Part shown: positions 53,401-64,000 of the stretch, in pieces
How positions within the stretch are numbered: the first letter of the stretch is position 1
How the letters are laid out: the number at the start of each line of letters is the position of its first letter
NCBI GenBank assembly: GCA_051294905.1
Contig: CM119374.1
Span: 14,136,001-14,200,000, forward strand
Length of the DNA: 64,000 nucleotides
Source: Botryllus schlosseri
Taxonomy: Eukaryota
Direction: 5' to 3'
Program-made: the position numbers and the translations under genes
The notes under the pieces: model-generated
Told to the model about the DNA's origin: nothing
Seen by the model: the letters and a program-made list of their open reading frames with translations, nothing else
Database searches by the model: none

Positions 53401-53997
53401 GGGATTTTGTAGATTGAGTAGAGAGTGGTTTTTGGATCGGTTTGCATCAGCGTTGTGAGTGAAATTATCACAATCTATTTGGAAAAATAGCTCTATTTGA
53501 AGAGTCATCAGTTATTTTGCATTGTTGTGAAGATGCATCTTGAAATTCCCTCCGATTTACTACCAAAAGTATTCGGCACCGCAACCAACGTGTCCGACTT
53601 TTCCTATTATACTTCCATTGAAAGTAAGTTTGGCATGTAGCCTACTAAAAATCGCTACTAGTACCATACTTTTGGTTTAGTAGAAAGTAATGAAATTAGT
53701 TCTAAGCCTCCTTGAGTCAACACTAAAAGGTGATAAGAAATTATGAGAAGCCCGCCGACTCCAAATATTTTACTGACCCTGTTCTCCCGTGTTGTTAGCG
53801 ACAATTCTAGGATATCTCCAAATGTTCCCAGTGCCGACAGCAGCACCTAGGCAAGTAAGTGCAACCCCAAACGAAGATTTGAACGATTTATTCGACTTGG
53901 CGGCAGCCTGTAGCAAACAACAAGTATCATAATCCTGCAAACGTTCTCAAACCTCACAATAACGTACATTGGAGTCGGGAATCATCAATTCTGACAT
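44493..53997 (-). CDS. SLC6/NSS sodium-dependent transporter, short-EL2 prokaryote-like type, 547 aa
   Basis: Twelve phase-consistent exons: 53997-53968, 53907-53778, 52761-52578, 49446-49265, 49054-48920, 48467-48344, 47596-47512, 47448-47360, 47296-47160, 46456-46303, 45387-45174, 44672-44493 (1644 nt). Motifs LGAAVGTGNIWRYPR, SIPVLVIEYGAGR, AYYAAICGW, WIEAMTQNAWDTGAG, GLTFVWIP, FLCLFIAGFSS. Confidence 0.92.
49753..51183. mobile_element. Non-autonomous piggyBac-like element in an SLC6 intron
   Basis: TTAA|CCCTTT...AAAGGG|TTAA, with partial further TIR similarity (GCGACCGGCGGACC vs CTAATCGGCCGGCC); no transposase recognised. Confidence 0.7.
51417..52013. mobile_element. TA-flanked MITE with AAGATGAGACA/AAGTTGAGACA repeats
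   Basis: Left TA|GGTGTGGGGGTAAGATGAGACA, right TGTCTCATCTTGGCCTCCTCTCCCC|TA; several internal copies of the motif; related fragment at ~49645. Confidence 0.6.
52910..53303. mobile_element. Degenerate hAT MITE
   Basis: TIR CAGGGTTGTA / TACAACCCTG with GACTCG/GACTTG subterminal repeats; TSD only partly conserved (GTTTCACA / GTTCCCGG). Confidence 0.6.
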
Positions 53998-55211
53998 GGC
54001 TGCAACCTGCAACGTCTGTCCGATTTCAATACGAAAACCAAGTCTTGATCACACACACAGGATGATGCGCATGATAGCTTATCAAATCTAGCATCTATAA
54101 AGAAAGCAAGGCAGACAAGCTTCAAAAATAGTATGTACAGTAGAAATATAATCAATGCGTACTTGGAAAACATGTGACAGCAAAGCATCATGACAATTGA
54201 CAACGCTGATGGAATGAAACATTTGAATATTCTTATCTTACATTCCACCACGAAGTTCAATCGCTTCCCCAAATACAAAAGTGCAAATAAGAACTTGGTT
54301 AACCTACATTCATATCAACATAAAGAATGTATGGTAGCCTACTAAGACGACAAACGGAATCAACTTAACGACAAACGGAATCAACTTTTGGAATAAAGGT
54401 GAGCTTTGTTGGTAGAACATGGCACGTTGGGTGCGATACAACACATAGAATCACTGTACTCTTAACTAGATTTGCAGCATGCAGCATTTTCATAAAACTC
54501 TTGAAAAATTGAAAATTATCTTTTTTCAGTGAATTCCGTGAAAATTTACATAAACAAATCTAAGAAAGTTTGTCAGCGATTGTTTTGTCAGTGGCATGGC
54601 TGTTATGCTTTTCAATTATTCGGAGACCCTGCCCGACCAATGCGCTCTGACAGTAGTGACATAGTCCCCACACTCAGAACTTTTAAAACGAAACGGTAGC
54701 AAATATCTTACAAAGGGAAAGAACTCAATTTCGCAGATTGACAAACTTGAGAAGACAATTTCCTGGTAGCCGGTCGCGTTCAGTAAACACAGATCTTTAG
54801 GAATATGAATGCAATATCTCTCGTTAGGTTTTGCTCATTGAAAAGATAATCTCTACTAAATATGGAGCAGTGAAGTAAACAGGTTACTGGATTTACCAAT
54901 TACAATGATCAAAAGTTTGTGAAAACTTTAATATTGCAGTAGGGGCAGGTTACTTGTTGATTGCAATGATTCAAGTAGAGTAGAAAAAGTCTGTGTTCGC
55001 GGGTTGAGGCTAACGGAAATCTTGCGAAGAAGAACTATTTTATCAACAATTAGCAACATAAAACTAGTTCAAGGTCCGAGCTAACCTTTCTCTAGTGGGC
55101 GCCAGTAATTAAGGTTGTCATATACATCCACAAAACTATCCGACTATCAGAATAAGATATTGCAGACATCAGTTAGCCGCTTGCGACACCTGCGAGAAAC
55201 ACTCGCCAATC

Positions 55212-57833
55212 TCATCGCAAAATCGGATGATTCAAGAGCATGTCTACTGACGGCCGCTTTTTCGGGTCACGAATCAAACATACCCGCGCTATCTCCACCA
55301 GATCGCGCATCTCGAGTTCCGGGAATTCTATTTTATGATTATCGCTCGTGATTGCAATCACCTTCATGGCCTGATGGTGAATATGTTGAAACGGCGTTTT
55401 ACCGTACAAAATGTAATACAGAATACATCCCAACGACCAAACGTCGGCTTTAGGCCCGACTTTAAACTTGGGCTGGTAGCCCGGGCCGCATTGCATTCCG
55501 CCGGACATGTCGTTGATAGTCTCGGGGGCCATGTAATTCAAAGTGCCGAACTGGGTGTCTTTAATCACGCTGGTAGCGTCGACTTGAATGGAGTTCGCGA
55601 TACCGAAATCGATCAGCTTCAAATTGAAGTCCACAAACATAAAATTAGCCGGCTTCAAGTCCAGATGGATAATCCCATGGCCGTGAATGGCTTGCACCGC
55701 ACGCAGCATGTTTTTCCATAACATCTTAATGTCTACCGCCTCTAATAATTCGCCAGTGGCCCTTCGGCTTTTCAAAAACGCGGATAAATCCGAAGACCCG
55801 CATTCCATTACAAGGTAAAGGCAGCGTTCGCGCAGTTCGTAATCAAACAACTCTATAATGTGCCGGTTTCCTCGCAGCTTTTTTAGGAAGTTTATCTCGT
55901 TCTTGTAACCGTCGAGTACTTGTTGGTCGCCTTCCGTTAAATTCACTTGTTTTACCGCCACGATTCGGGAAGACGCAGGGTTGTACACCTTGTAGACTTT
56001 GCTCGAGCCGCCTTTTCCGAGCAAGTTCAGCACTACGTAAGGCACACCGTTCAAGACCACCGCCTTTTTGTCGCGCATCAACTGAGACGCGTGAGGCACT
56101 TGATTTTGCGGTTTTGCCGATAGTGTGTCTCTTTTTCCTCTATTTCCGTCGTGATTTTGCGGAAAACCATTCGAAAAAACAGGTGTTGTTTCCATTTTGC
56201 GAGCGTGAATTTCAGAGTTACCGTTCGACGACGCTCGAGGAATTTGATTTTCCTTGTCTGTTACCGAAATCGGTGCCGGGAACAGAAATTTATTTTCGTC
56301 CCGATTCTGCGGAAAGCCACCAGACGAAACTGGCGTTTTATACATTTTATGCACTTGACTTTCAGAGTTATTATTGAACGACGCTTGAGGAACTCGATTT
56401 CCCTTGTCTGTTACCGAAATCTTTTCGTCACGATTTGGTTGCAAACCAGTCGACGAAACTGCCGCTTTTTCCATCTTCTGCACACAGATTTCAGATTTCT
56501 TATACGACGACACTTGCGGAATTTGATTCTCCTTGTCCGTTAAAAAAATATGTGCTTTTTCATACTTTGCGGTAGGCTTGAACGCGCTGTGAGCGCTCAC
56601 GATGATCGAAGGAGCTCGGGCTATGTCTGCCTTACGCTGACCTGACTGCTGTGTGTCTTGTTCTGATTCTTGCGGCTTGGAAAATGCGGAAGGTTTCACA
56701 TCGTGAACACGTTCTGATGTGCCTGCGTCATGCTTCAATCCTTGGGGCATGGGTAAAGGTTCCACATCGTCCGTACGTTTCGACTGGGTTCTAATGTATT
56801 GCGGACTGTCGTCATCTGAATCAATCTTATTTACCCGCAATACTCTCCGAGGTCCCGAAGAAAGTTTTTTTGTAACAGACGATGGTTTGAAGATTTTATT
56901 CACCGAACTAGCGACAGTATCCGGTTTCACATTTCTTTTATTTTCAACCGATTTCAAAACAGGCGAAGCATGCTTTGGCATATCTTTCGTTTCCGCTAGC
57001 TTGAAAGTCTTGTACTCTTTGGAATGCTGGCTCAAATCGGGAGTGACGGGCGACTCTATCCCGAAACTCAGCAGGCTTTTGAATTTTTTCGGACGAAACT
57101 GAGGGGTGACGGGAAGGGGACACTCTGCTGAAAAATTCAATAGGGAATTGTTGGCGGGAGGGAGCGCCTTCACGTGTGTCGGATGCGTCAAGTTACATTC
57201 GTCTGGAGTGTCGTGATAGGTTTTCGTAGGACATGAACTCAAGTTGACATTACGCGGCATGGTATCAAATCCAGAGTCGTCGCTAAACTTTTGAGGCACT
57301 TTAGGCTTAACAATATCTGATCTAAAACACGAGTTTACGTCCGCGAAACTGATATCCGTGTGACCATCGCATAATTTCACGATAGCAAGTTTCAACCGAG
57401 GGGAGTTTTCAAAAATGTCCTCCGCCTTGTGCAGCACACTGAGCGCCAGGCGGCGATTACCGTGGTTTAATTCAAACTGGGCGTACATAATGTAAATAAT
57501 TTCAGACTGGCACGCAGATATCGCCGATTCAAATTGCAGCCTTCCGCTTTCCAAGCTTTTCATCCCGTCGAACATGGCAGCCTTGCCTAATAGAACGGCG
57601 TAAGACTCGTTCTTGTGCAGCTCTCGCGGATTGAGCTTCCTGTGCATGCGTGAGAAAAGGCACGTGACAAGCTTTTCTTTACGCGGGCCGTCCTCCATTT
57701 TGTAGAGGTCATCAAGTTTTTTCAGCCAATGGGCCGGGTTGCATTCGTCTTCGAGCTCCGCAGTCGCGTTTGATTGGATATTGTGCCCGGGAACGCGAGC
57801 ATATCCGTTTTTGGACTCTACTCTTCCCGCCAT
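55212..57833 (-). CDS. TTK: Dual-specificity kinase TTK/Mps1, intronless, 873 aa from ATG 57833
   Basis: Single ORF. N-terminal TPR-like region (NPAHWL...YIMYAQFELNHGNRRLALSVLHKA); C-terminal kinase with LGKGGSSKVYKV, VAVKQVNL, HLDLKPANF, KLIDFGIANSIQVDATSVIKDTQFGTLNYMAPE, DVWSLGCILY, all characteristic of Mps1. Confidence 0.96.
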   Translation of the reverse strand: MAGRVESKNGYARVPGHNIQSNATAELEDECNPAHWLKKLDDLYKMEDGPRKEKLVTCLFSRMHRKLNPRELHKNESYAVLLGKAAMFDGMKSLESGRLQFESAISACQSEIIYIMYAQFELNHGNRRLALSVLHKAEDIFENSPRLKLAIVKLCDGHTDISFADVNSCFRSDIVKPKVPQKFSDDSGFDTMPRNVNLSSCPTKTYHDTPDECNLTHPTHVKALPPANNSLLNFSAECPLPVTPQFRPKKFKSLLSFGIESPVTPDLSQHSKEYKTFKLAETKDMPKHASPVLKSVENKRNVKPDTVASSVNKIFKPSSVTKKLSSGPRRVLRVNKIDSDDDSPQYIRTQSKRTDDVEPLPMPQGLKHDAGTSERVHDVKPSAFSKPQESEQDTQQSGQRKADIARAPSIIVSAHSAFKPTAKYEKAHIFLTDKENQIPQVSSYKKSEICVQKMEKAAVSSTGLQPNRDEKISVTDKGNRVPQASFNNNSESQVHKMYKTPVSSGGFPQNRDENKFLFPAPISVTDKENQIPRASSNGNSEIHARKMETTPVFSNGFPQNHDGNRGKRDTLSAKPQNQVPHASQLMRDKKAVVLNGVPYVVLNLLGKGGSSKVYKVYNPASSRIVAVKQVNLTEGDQQVLDGYKNEINFLKKLRGNRHIIELFDYELRERCLYLVMECGSSDLSAFLKSRRATGELLEAVDIKMLWKNMLRAVQAIHGHGIIHLDLKPANFMFVDFNLKLIDFGIANSIQVDATSVIKDTQFGTLNYMAPETINDMSGGMQCGPGYQPKFKVGPKADVWSLGCILYYILYGKTPFQHIHHQAMKVIAITSDNHKIEFPELEMRDLVEIARVCLIRDPKKRPSVDMLLNHPILR

Positions 57834-58335
57834 GCAAATAGCTGCTGGTTGAATTCTTGAATCCAAAACAGGGGGATGCAGGCAGCTAACTAACTACCAG
57901 ACCGATTAGTGTTATCTTTAGGCCAAAATCTGATGAAAAATCTGATGAAAAATCTGATGAAAAAAGGTTTCTTTCAGAGATGTCAGAGCCTGCTTGAATA
58001 AAAATTTCATCACTAACCAAACACTTGCTACTACAACAACTGCCCGGGTTTCATGTGTGAATGGTTTTAAAAAGTGTTTTGTCAATGCTAAATTATTTCA
58101 GTTTCGAGTTGGAGGAATTAAACTGCTAAACCTCACTATTTGACATTCCCAGGCGAACTATTTCCGCAGCGACAAGCGATAAAGCAGTCAAACACATCGG
58201 CTTATCACTGGATTCGGATATATCCAGAGCCATATACTTTATATAGTCAGGAGGGAAAAAAGTACTCCCGTATTTATTTATAGATATATGTCTTGTTTGT
58301 TCTGTGCCGACTTTGAGTCTTAGCTATACCCTTCC

Positions 58336-59597
58336 GGTTGCCGGTAAACTCGGCACTTGGTGAATTCGGCCGGACGAACTCGGCACTTGGTGAATTCGGC
58401 CATTGGTGAACTCGGCCATCGGGAAATTTTGTAATAAAGTGTATTAACAGCTATTAATATGAATTATTAAACGAAGAATAGTCTTATCAAGTGATTGGCA
58501 ATCTTGTAAGGAGGTCAGGGCATGCGTGGATCACGCAGTCACGGCGTGGTTAGATCACGTGATCACGGATTGCGCAAGCGCGGGAGATAACGCGACGTTC
58601 GCACATCGACCACGCGTGGTCGGCTCAGTGTTGATTTGACTTGGCGTGGGACGGACGGACGACTTTTGAGAAGATGGATATCTGTGTTTTATGTAATAAC
58701 GAAGTTATTATAAAGGATCACCAATAAACGTTTCCCACGAACACGAACAACAATTTATAAACGTAAAAATAAATTATTTTTTTTGTGCCTTTGGAGAGAC
58801 GGATATTAGGGTTGGGGTGGGAGTATTAGGGTTGGGGAAAAAGGGATATTCATATTAGGTTTGGGGTTAGGGGGATATTAGGGTTTGGAGAAAGGGGGAT
58901 ATTAGGGTTTGGGGGAAGGGAGATTGGAGGTGGGTTAGGGTATCCCAAGATTAGGGTTGGGGATGTTAGGGAAGGGGAGATACTAGGTTGGGGAATTGGA
59001 GGTGGGTTAGGGTATCCCATGATTTGGGTTGGGGGATTGGAGGTGGGTTAGGTTATCCCAAGATTAGGGTTGGGGGAAAGGGGGGTTGGAGGTGGGTTAG
59101 GGTATCGCAAGATTAGGATGTGGGGATGTTAGGGAAGGGGGGATATTAGGCTGGGGGAAAGTGGGTTAGGGTATCCCAATATTAGGGAAGGGGGGATATT
59201 AGGTTGTGGAAAAGGGTGATTGGAGGTGGGTTAGGGTATCCCAAGATTAGGGTTGGGGGATGTTAGGTAAGGGGGGATATTAGGTTGGGGTAAATGTGGA
59301 TATTAGGGGAAAGGAGGATTGGAGGTGGGTTAGGATCAAAGTTGGAGTTAGGATATCCCAAGATTAGTGCCGAGTTCACCGGCAAACATTCCAGTAACCA
59401 ATCATGGTGACCGGTACCGTTACGCGATCTATCACGGCACGTGATTCTTCTTTATCTGAGATATATATTTAATGCATTTTTATTATAAAATTTCCCGATG
59501 GCCGAATTCACCAATGGCCGAATTCACCAATGGCCGAATTCACCAAGTGCCGAGTTCGTCCGGCCGAATTCACCAAGTGCCGAGTTCACTGGTAATC
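58336..59597. mobile_element. Foldback-type non-autonomous DNA transposon with modular long TIRs and a G-rich core
   Basis: TIRs of ~110 and ~125 bp built from ~16-bp TTGGTGAATTCGGCCA-type units; 8-bp TSD ACCCTTCC at 58328-58335 and 59598-59605. Confidence 0.88.
58801..59367 (+). repeat. Telomere-like G-rich composite array (TTAGGG variants)
   Basis: Recurring TTGGAGGTGGGTTAGGGTATCCCAAGATTAGGGTTGGGG(G) blocks; strong strand asymmetry (C nearly absent). Confidence 0.92.
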
Positions 59598-59799
59598 ACC
59601 CTTCCACCCAACTCATCTATACCTGCAATCCGATTTCATCATTCTATTTTTCTACCTTCCTCAATCTAAGCTACAGTATTGCATCCTATGTTGGGGGATG
59701 CAAGCGCCATCGCACTAACAGCGCTGTCCGCCCTACCTCATAATTGAAAATTTATAATGAAGTAAAATTTGTGATGACGAAATAAGACAGCGACTCTAG

Positions 59800-60222
59800 G
59801 TAAGTCTTGCATTATCGAGCGATTTAATTATAGAATACGATGTGATGAATATATTTGACTTCGTCAAACGAAATATATTCCTACCATAACGTTACGGCAT
59901 CCCTCAATTACGGTGAATAGTCCGCAAAAAAGCGACGACCCTGGCTGACTGCAGAGTTTTCTTCGATTTGAATGGAGTTTGATTGACAAGCGTAACCAAC
60001 CATAGCGGCATAGGTTCCTCAACTATAAATTATAGATTGCAATAATCAATCGAATCCATGGTATTGTTAAATCGCGATCTGTACCGTAATATGAACCGTT
60101 TGTATGCAATATGCATGTATCGCACCGTTATGAATCACGAAAACCTGCATCTGTCAAGGTCACGCACGAGAGCGCAACGCAGACTCAAAATAACTAAACA
60201 TTCATGTGTATGCTTTCTGCAG
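59800..60222 (+). other. Probable 5'-UTR intron of TSNAX
   Basis: Donor AG|GTAAGT at 59800; branch-like TAACTAAAC at 60191-60199; acceptor TGCTTTCTGCAG at 60222, 30 nt before the ATG. Confidence 0.6.
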
Positions 60223-60252
60223 AGCGGCTGCAATCAGACACTTGTCGAGGCA

Positions 60253-61038
60253 ATGGCTGTCTCTGTGTCAGACCAGTTCCTTGAATTCCGAGGTGAATTG
60301 GATGCAAAACACGACAAGTGGGAGCGATTAGTGAAAATCAGCAGAGATATCACGGTCGAGAGCAAGCGCACGATATTCGTTCTACATCGCGTTGATATCC
60401 TGAGCCCGGACCGAGAATCTCGCTCGAAAATCATCAGCGAAGCGGAATCGAAGATAGCCTCGTTATCAAAGAAATGGCGGCAAATAGCAATCGAACTGCA
60501 CAATGACGACGCACGCCTCTTTTTACGAGCCTACTCCCCCGGGTTGCAGGAATACATAGAAGCATTGGCTTTTTTGTATTATTTACGTCACGAGTCCGAC
60601 TTTACCATCAACTCAATATCTGGATGTGTAATCCCTCCTGGTAATATAGAAAAGAATCTTTGCTTCAGGAGTGAAGATGATGATAACACAATGTCAATAC
60701 CCATTCCTGCTACTGAATTTCTACTAGGAATCGCCGATACCACCGGGGAAATTATGAGATTGTGTATCAATGCAGCTGCTAAAGCTACCACCCGTCAGTC
60801 GAAGAATCAAGTATACAAACTCAGCGCCTTCATACGTTTACTGCACGAGATGTTTTCAACATTCGCGAATATTGTAGAAGATTCCTCGTTGCGTAGGAAT
60901 ATCCTACAAGGTAAATTGGACGTGATGAGGTCGTCTCTGCACAAGGTTGAAGAGTGCTGCTACCAGCTGGGAATTAGGGATAGCGAACTTCTGGATGCTG
61001 CGTTGCGCAGATCACATCATTCCGCGGAAACGGAATAG
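60253..61038 (+). CDS. TSNAX: Translin-associated protein X (TRAX, C3PO catalytic subunit), intronless CDS, 261 aa
   Basis: ELDAKHDKWERLVKISRDITVESKRTIFVLHR, RAYSPGLQEYIEA, FLLGIADTTGEIMRLCIN, KLDVMRSSLHKVEECCY; the catalytic acidic residues (QEYIE, ADTTGE) are retained. Confidence 0.95.
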   Translation: MAVSVSDQFLEFRGELDAKHDKWERLVKISRDITVESKRTIFVLHRVDILSPDRESRSKIISEAESKIASLSKKWRQIAIELHNDDARLFLRAYSPGLQEYIEALAFLYYLRHESDFTINSISGCVIPPGNIEKNLCFRSEDDDNTMSIPIPATEFLLGIADTTGEIMRLCINAAAKATTRQSKNQVYKLSAFIRLLHEMFSTFANIVEDSSLRRNILQGKLDVMRSSLHKVEECCYQLGIRDSELLDAALRRSHHSAETE

Positions 61039-64000
61039 AGCTCCAAAATTGCTTAATTTCTCCATCCATAACAAACGATGTCCATATTGCCAAATTTAAT
61101 AGACTCGAAGCTGCTTGGTTGACTCTCATCATGAGCGAGCATCAGTAAATGTGGTTAACCAAATTTGAAGTATAGTTTTGTTGTTGTCAAGTGATAAGGA
61201 CAAAGACAAAATTATTTTTATATTCTGAATTCGGTGAACTGTATCTACTTACGTTCGTTCCTGATGAGAGTTGGTTGAAAAGCTCAGTGGAATAAATTTT
61301 GCAATATGAATATTGAGCATGCTACATACCATACTGTAATTATGGTTTGTTACAAAATTGAAGTTGCATACTTCTCAATGCCTTTTTCACCATTCATCTC
61401 GTTAATACGCCAGTTGCCAATGGCTGTCATGTAACGCATTGAAATCTGATTTTGTGCATACGTTGAGGTATGTACCCCTAAAACGTTTCCGGAAATTTGT
61501 CGACACCACGATCTTGTCTCGCGGTTAAGGTTACTACCATAATATCGTCACAATTTCGGTGAGATAAAATGTCTGTCTCGTTTGGTATGCCACTCGTGTC
61601 ACACTGCCATCACCATATCTGTATGAGTACGGTCCTTTGAATCATGTTGAAAATGATTGAGATGCTTTGCAGCAAAAACAGCACCACACACATATTTTGC
61701 CGTTGACAAATACAATGCAACATGCTTCCATCTATACTGGGATTGAAGCGTTGTAAATATGAATCGAATTGCGTCTGTATGGTGCATACTAAGAAATTGA
61801 TGGGTCCGAGCCCACGTCGATTAGCACTGATTCTTACCGCTATACGTCATGAGGGGATAAATTCAATCAATAGGCCTAGCCAAGACTTGAGTAAATAAAT
61901 GACAGGGCTGGTAATCGATCTTCAAGTTCTTTCTTAGGGCTTGTTTTTGATTATATTTCACACAAGCCTAGAAAAGGTGTAGACGTGTTTGGTTGAGTAG
62001 TGGATTGATTGGTGCTAGGAAATTTGAAGGGTAAGGACCGAATTATGAGATCACTTCACTTTCCTCGCGGCACATTATGTAAAACCTGGCTAACCATGAA
62101 AAATATAGCCACCAGAATAAGATTTTTTATTGAGTAAATCACACCGTCAAAGCAGTCTCATCGAGACTTGAATGAAAAAGGTTTCTGCTTTGCACATAAA
62201 AAGACATCTCATACAGACAATTATGCTACAACGTACTAATTTCAAAATAAAACACATTAACGCTTCAACTCGCGGCTCCAGAGCATTTGCACAGAAACAC
62301 AGCTCTGTTTTGCAGGCGGACACAGACCTGTGTAACAATCGTATAGAATACAGGCAAGTTGCAAGTGCATCAGTAGCGTATCCGAACTTTGCAACAACAC
62401 AATTCAAACACCACAGCTACAACATGTCACTGCATTAAACTGACAGTAAATTCTGCAATAGATCAGGTGAACGTTAAATCAAGCCTCCAGCACGCACGCC
62501 TATAGGTATATTTTATATATATATAGATATAGATACATAAATTGTTGGATTATTCTTACAATTGCACTTCGCTGTTAGGTAGTATTGACTTTGTCATTAA
62601 AATTCAATAGACATGACACACCGCACAATAATGTAACACAACATCAGGCATGTTGATACAAAATCAAGTGGTAGAAGCCTGTTGAGTTCATACCAGTGTC
62701 ACCAAGTTACTAAATTTTCAGGATCCGCAGAAACAATAAAATACAAGTCAATAAGAAATAAGTAAATTTGGACGAGAAATATATGGAGCCGCGTTCTGAA
62801 ATAAGATATATTGGCATGAATTAACCTAACATGGTCACTATCGATATACTTCAACTCTTTAAAGTACTACTTCTTCCAGGAGTTGTTTTTAGCCAACTTC
62901 TACTTGAATAGCTGCCTAGCCTACACTTTCAAACTTCTGGTTTGGGAGAGTAGAGATTAGTTTGACGATAAGTTTCCATGCCTTTTACAAGTGTAATTGT
63001 CGTAAGATACGTGTGCAATTAGCCCCTGTATCACCGTCACCCGATGTACTTTCAAATATTGCACCTATTTTAGTGTCATTGTCATTTTTCGTGGGTCGCC
63101 AAGATACATCTTGCATTGATACGTTTCAAAGGCAGCCACATCCAATTACCTGTTAAAGGTATATGACAGCTCGACAAAATGTACGTTTTCAAACTGAATG
63201 AGTAGTACATTCCATTCTGCTTCCACTTGAAGTAGTTCCGACGTGCCTTAGAAATCACGTCTACTTGTAATTGAGTAGGATTTTAAGCCATTACATCTAC
63301 TCCTAATCGAGCAGCGACACTGATTACTTCGACCATCTCTGGAATTTACAACCCATTAGAAGACATTTACATGTGACATATCTACGATGTTATCAGCCAC
63401 TGATAACGGTGGCAGTCTCAAAGTTGAATATTAGTATATTGCTGATTTGTATGCTGTTAAATATCAATGGTAAATAAACACTGCTCTAGGGCACTCAATT
63501 TTCTAAAACTAATACAAAGTGTATTAAATGTATACGCTGGGGGAATCATTTCAAAATGCGGACACAGGAATCGCATCTGTCACGCGGTTAGTAATACATA
63601 CCGAAAAACAGCCAAACTAATAATTGGCACTGTTTTCAAGTCGATACATGTGAGATTTGTTAATACACAAAACGAATTCAGATAAAAACAAACCAACAAT
63701 GCTGAAATTATCGCGACACAAAGAGACACTGTTACTTTAAAACTTTCACTCATGTGGATGTTGGTTCACTCATGCCGGGTGTTATCTATAGTTAGAGTGT
63801 TAACTTCCCCGTTCAGCTATTGGATTACTAAAACAACATTCAAATTGAACCCTTCAACGAGGACAGCACCCATGCAGGTTGATGGCTATCAATGACGTAT
63901 TAATTAGTCAATGCGTACACTGCGATCAAGTAGCAAGTTGGTGATGGCACAAAACCAGTGTTGTAAATTACATATATAGATAACAACTACGGTGGTGATG

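Noticed and set aside
55335-57102. Plus-strand ORFs of 87-130 aa overlapping TTK
   Set aside because: Antisense shadows of a long coding sequence with no recognisable motifs.
54347-57960. Short tandem duplications (21-bp at 54347-54387; 12-bp x3 at 57925-57960)
   Set aside because: Ordinary slippage-type repeats with no evident function.
58346-58430. CRISPR-like repeat array
   Set aside because: Eukaryotic context, no unique spacers, and the units form the mirrored TIRs of a transposon.
58801-59367. True telomere or chromosome-fusion scar
   Set aside because: The repeats are degenerate, single-orientation and enclosed by TIRs and a TSD, with genes on both sides.
60058-60252. Extended TSNAX N-terminus from the ORF track
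   Set aside because: No TRAX similarity; it lies in a probable 5'-UTR intron ending at 60222. ATG 60253 fits better.
61599-63685. Short ORFs downstream of TSNAX
   Set aside because: No homology, coding bias or consistent exon chain could be established.

Overview
Eukaryotic, animal-type genomic DNA: GT-AG introns, several ~60-nt mini-introns, TTAGGG-like repeats. It is probably an invertebrate deuterostome such as an ascidian; that is inference only. Five protein-coding genes could be assembled by hand. (1) CMIP: minus strand, 8 coding exons from 8191 to 1307, 3' part lies outside the window. (2) An ECI2-type enoyl-CoA isomerase: minus, 7 exons, 296 aa, no ACBP domain, with a mitochondrial-like presequence. 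(3) A 12-exon, 547-aa SLC6/NSS transporter of the short-loop 'prokaryote-like' type: minus. (4) An intronless TTK/Mps1 kinase: minus, 873 aa. (5) A TSNAX/TRAX gene with an intronless CDS: plus, 261 aa, head-to-head with TTK. The 10-34 kb interval is transposon-derived. It holds a nested stack built on one fragmented minus-strand LINE, interrupted by hAT MITEs with 8-bp TSDs, a TA-TSD MITE, further copies of the same LINE family, and a 5.14-kb Ty3/gypsy element with apparently identical 337-bp LTRs that encodes only Gag and protease. A foldback element with a telomere-like G-rich core sits in the TTK-TSNAX intergenic region. Most short six-frame ORFs are spurious. All family assignments come from recalled motifs; no database search was run.
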